Positions 63,803-64,000 of a DNA stretch of 64,000 nucleotides are shown piece after piece. Each line of letters begins with the position of its first letter. Positions within the stretch are counted from its first letter, which is position 1. The DNA lies in contig NC_092673.1 of assembly GCF_964355755.1 (NCBI RefSeq), positions 29,323,648 through 29,387,647 on the forward strand, in the 5' to 3' direction. The notes under the pieces were generated by a model that searched no databases, was not told the DNA's origin, and worked only from the letters and a program-made list of their open reading frames with translations. The DNA comes from Antedon mediterranea (taxonomy: Eukaryota; Animalia; Echinodermata). Both the position numbers and the translations under genes were made by a program.

Positions 63803-63997
63803 GTTTCTAACAACGTCAAAAAACTTTTACAAGATCGACAAAGTCTTTGTTACACAGGTTCAAAATTGACTGTGCAACCGGCAGCACAACATGTAGAGAT
63901 GAGAGGGGGCCACTGGAAGCAGGATACAAGTACAAGTATTACAGGCTGGAGGAACTATTCACATCATAGTGTCAGTATTAGGGATGTACCAACATGA
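63803..63997 (+). CDS. TTC16: TTC16 probable last coding exon
   Basis: tgcag|GTTTCT, phase 0, open to TGA 63995-63997. Joined CDS is 2463 nt. Confidence 0.75.
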   Translation, partial: VSNNVKKLLQDRQSLCYTGSKLTVQPAAQHVEMRGGHWKQDTSTSITGWRNYSHHSVSIRDVPT

Positions 63998-64000
63998 TGC

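Overview
AT-rich eukaryotic (metazoan) genomic DNA, probably from a marine invertebrate deuterostome (chordate/mollusc-type RXR, Deu/Nin-domain SINE); the taxon is inference only. It holds three intron-containing genes, all on the + strand, with exons checked by hand for splice sites and phase. (1) Retinoid X receptor (RXR/NR2B): six coding exons from 7080 to 42016, about 435 codons, plus an unresolved first exon. (2) A small basic C11orf98-like gene: 49527-52154, 115 aa. (3) TTC16, a TPR-repeat protein: 55527-63997, about 820 aa. Introns carry many non-autonomous DNA transposons (PIF/Harbinger-, Kolobok-, hAT-, Tc1/pogo- and Helentron-like), a tRNA-derived SINE, LINE 3' fragments and minisatellites. 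Most ORFs in the supplied track are spurious. The most notable observations are: an in-frame tandem duplication of the acceptor and first 10 codons of the last RXR exon (possible +32 aa LBD isoform); a tandem acceptor that would add 5 aa to the T-box; a GC-AG intron; a young, unclassified 160-bp element that forms a 294-bp-arm palindrome plus tandem copies in TTC16 intron 1; and TAGGCCTA-type motif clusters that mark gene 5' ends.
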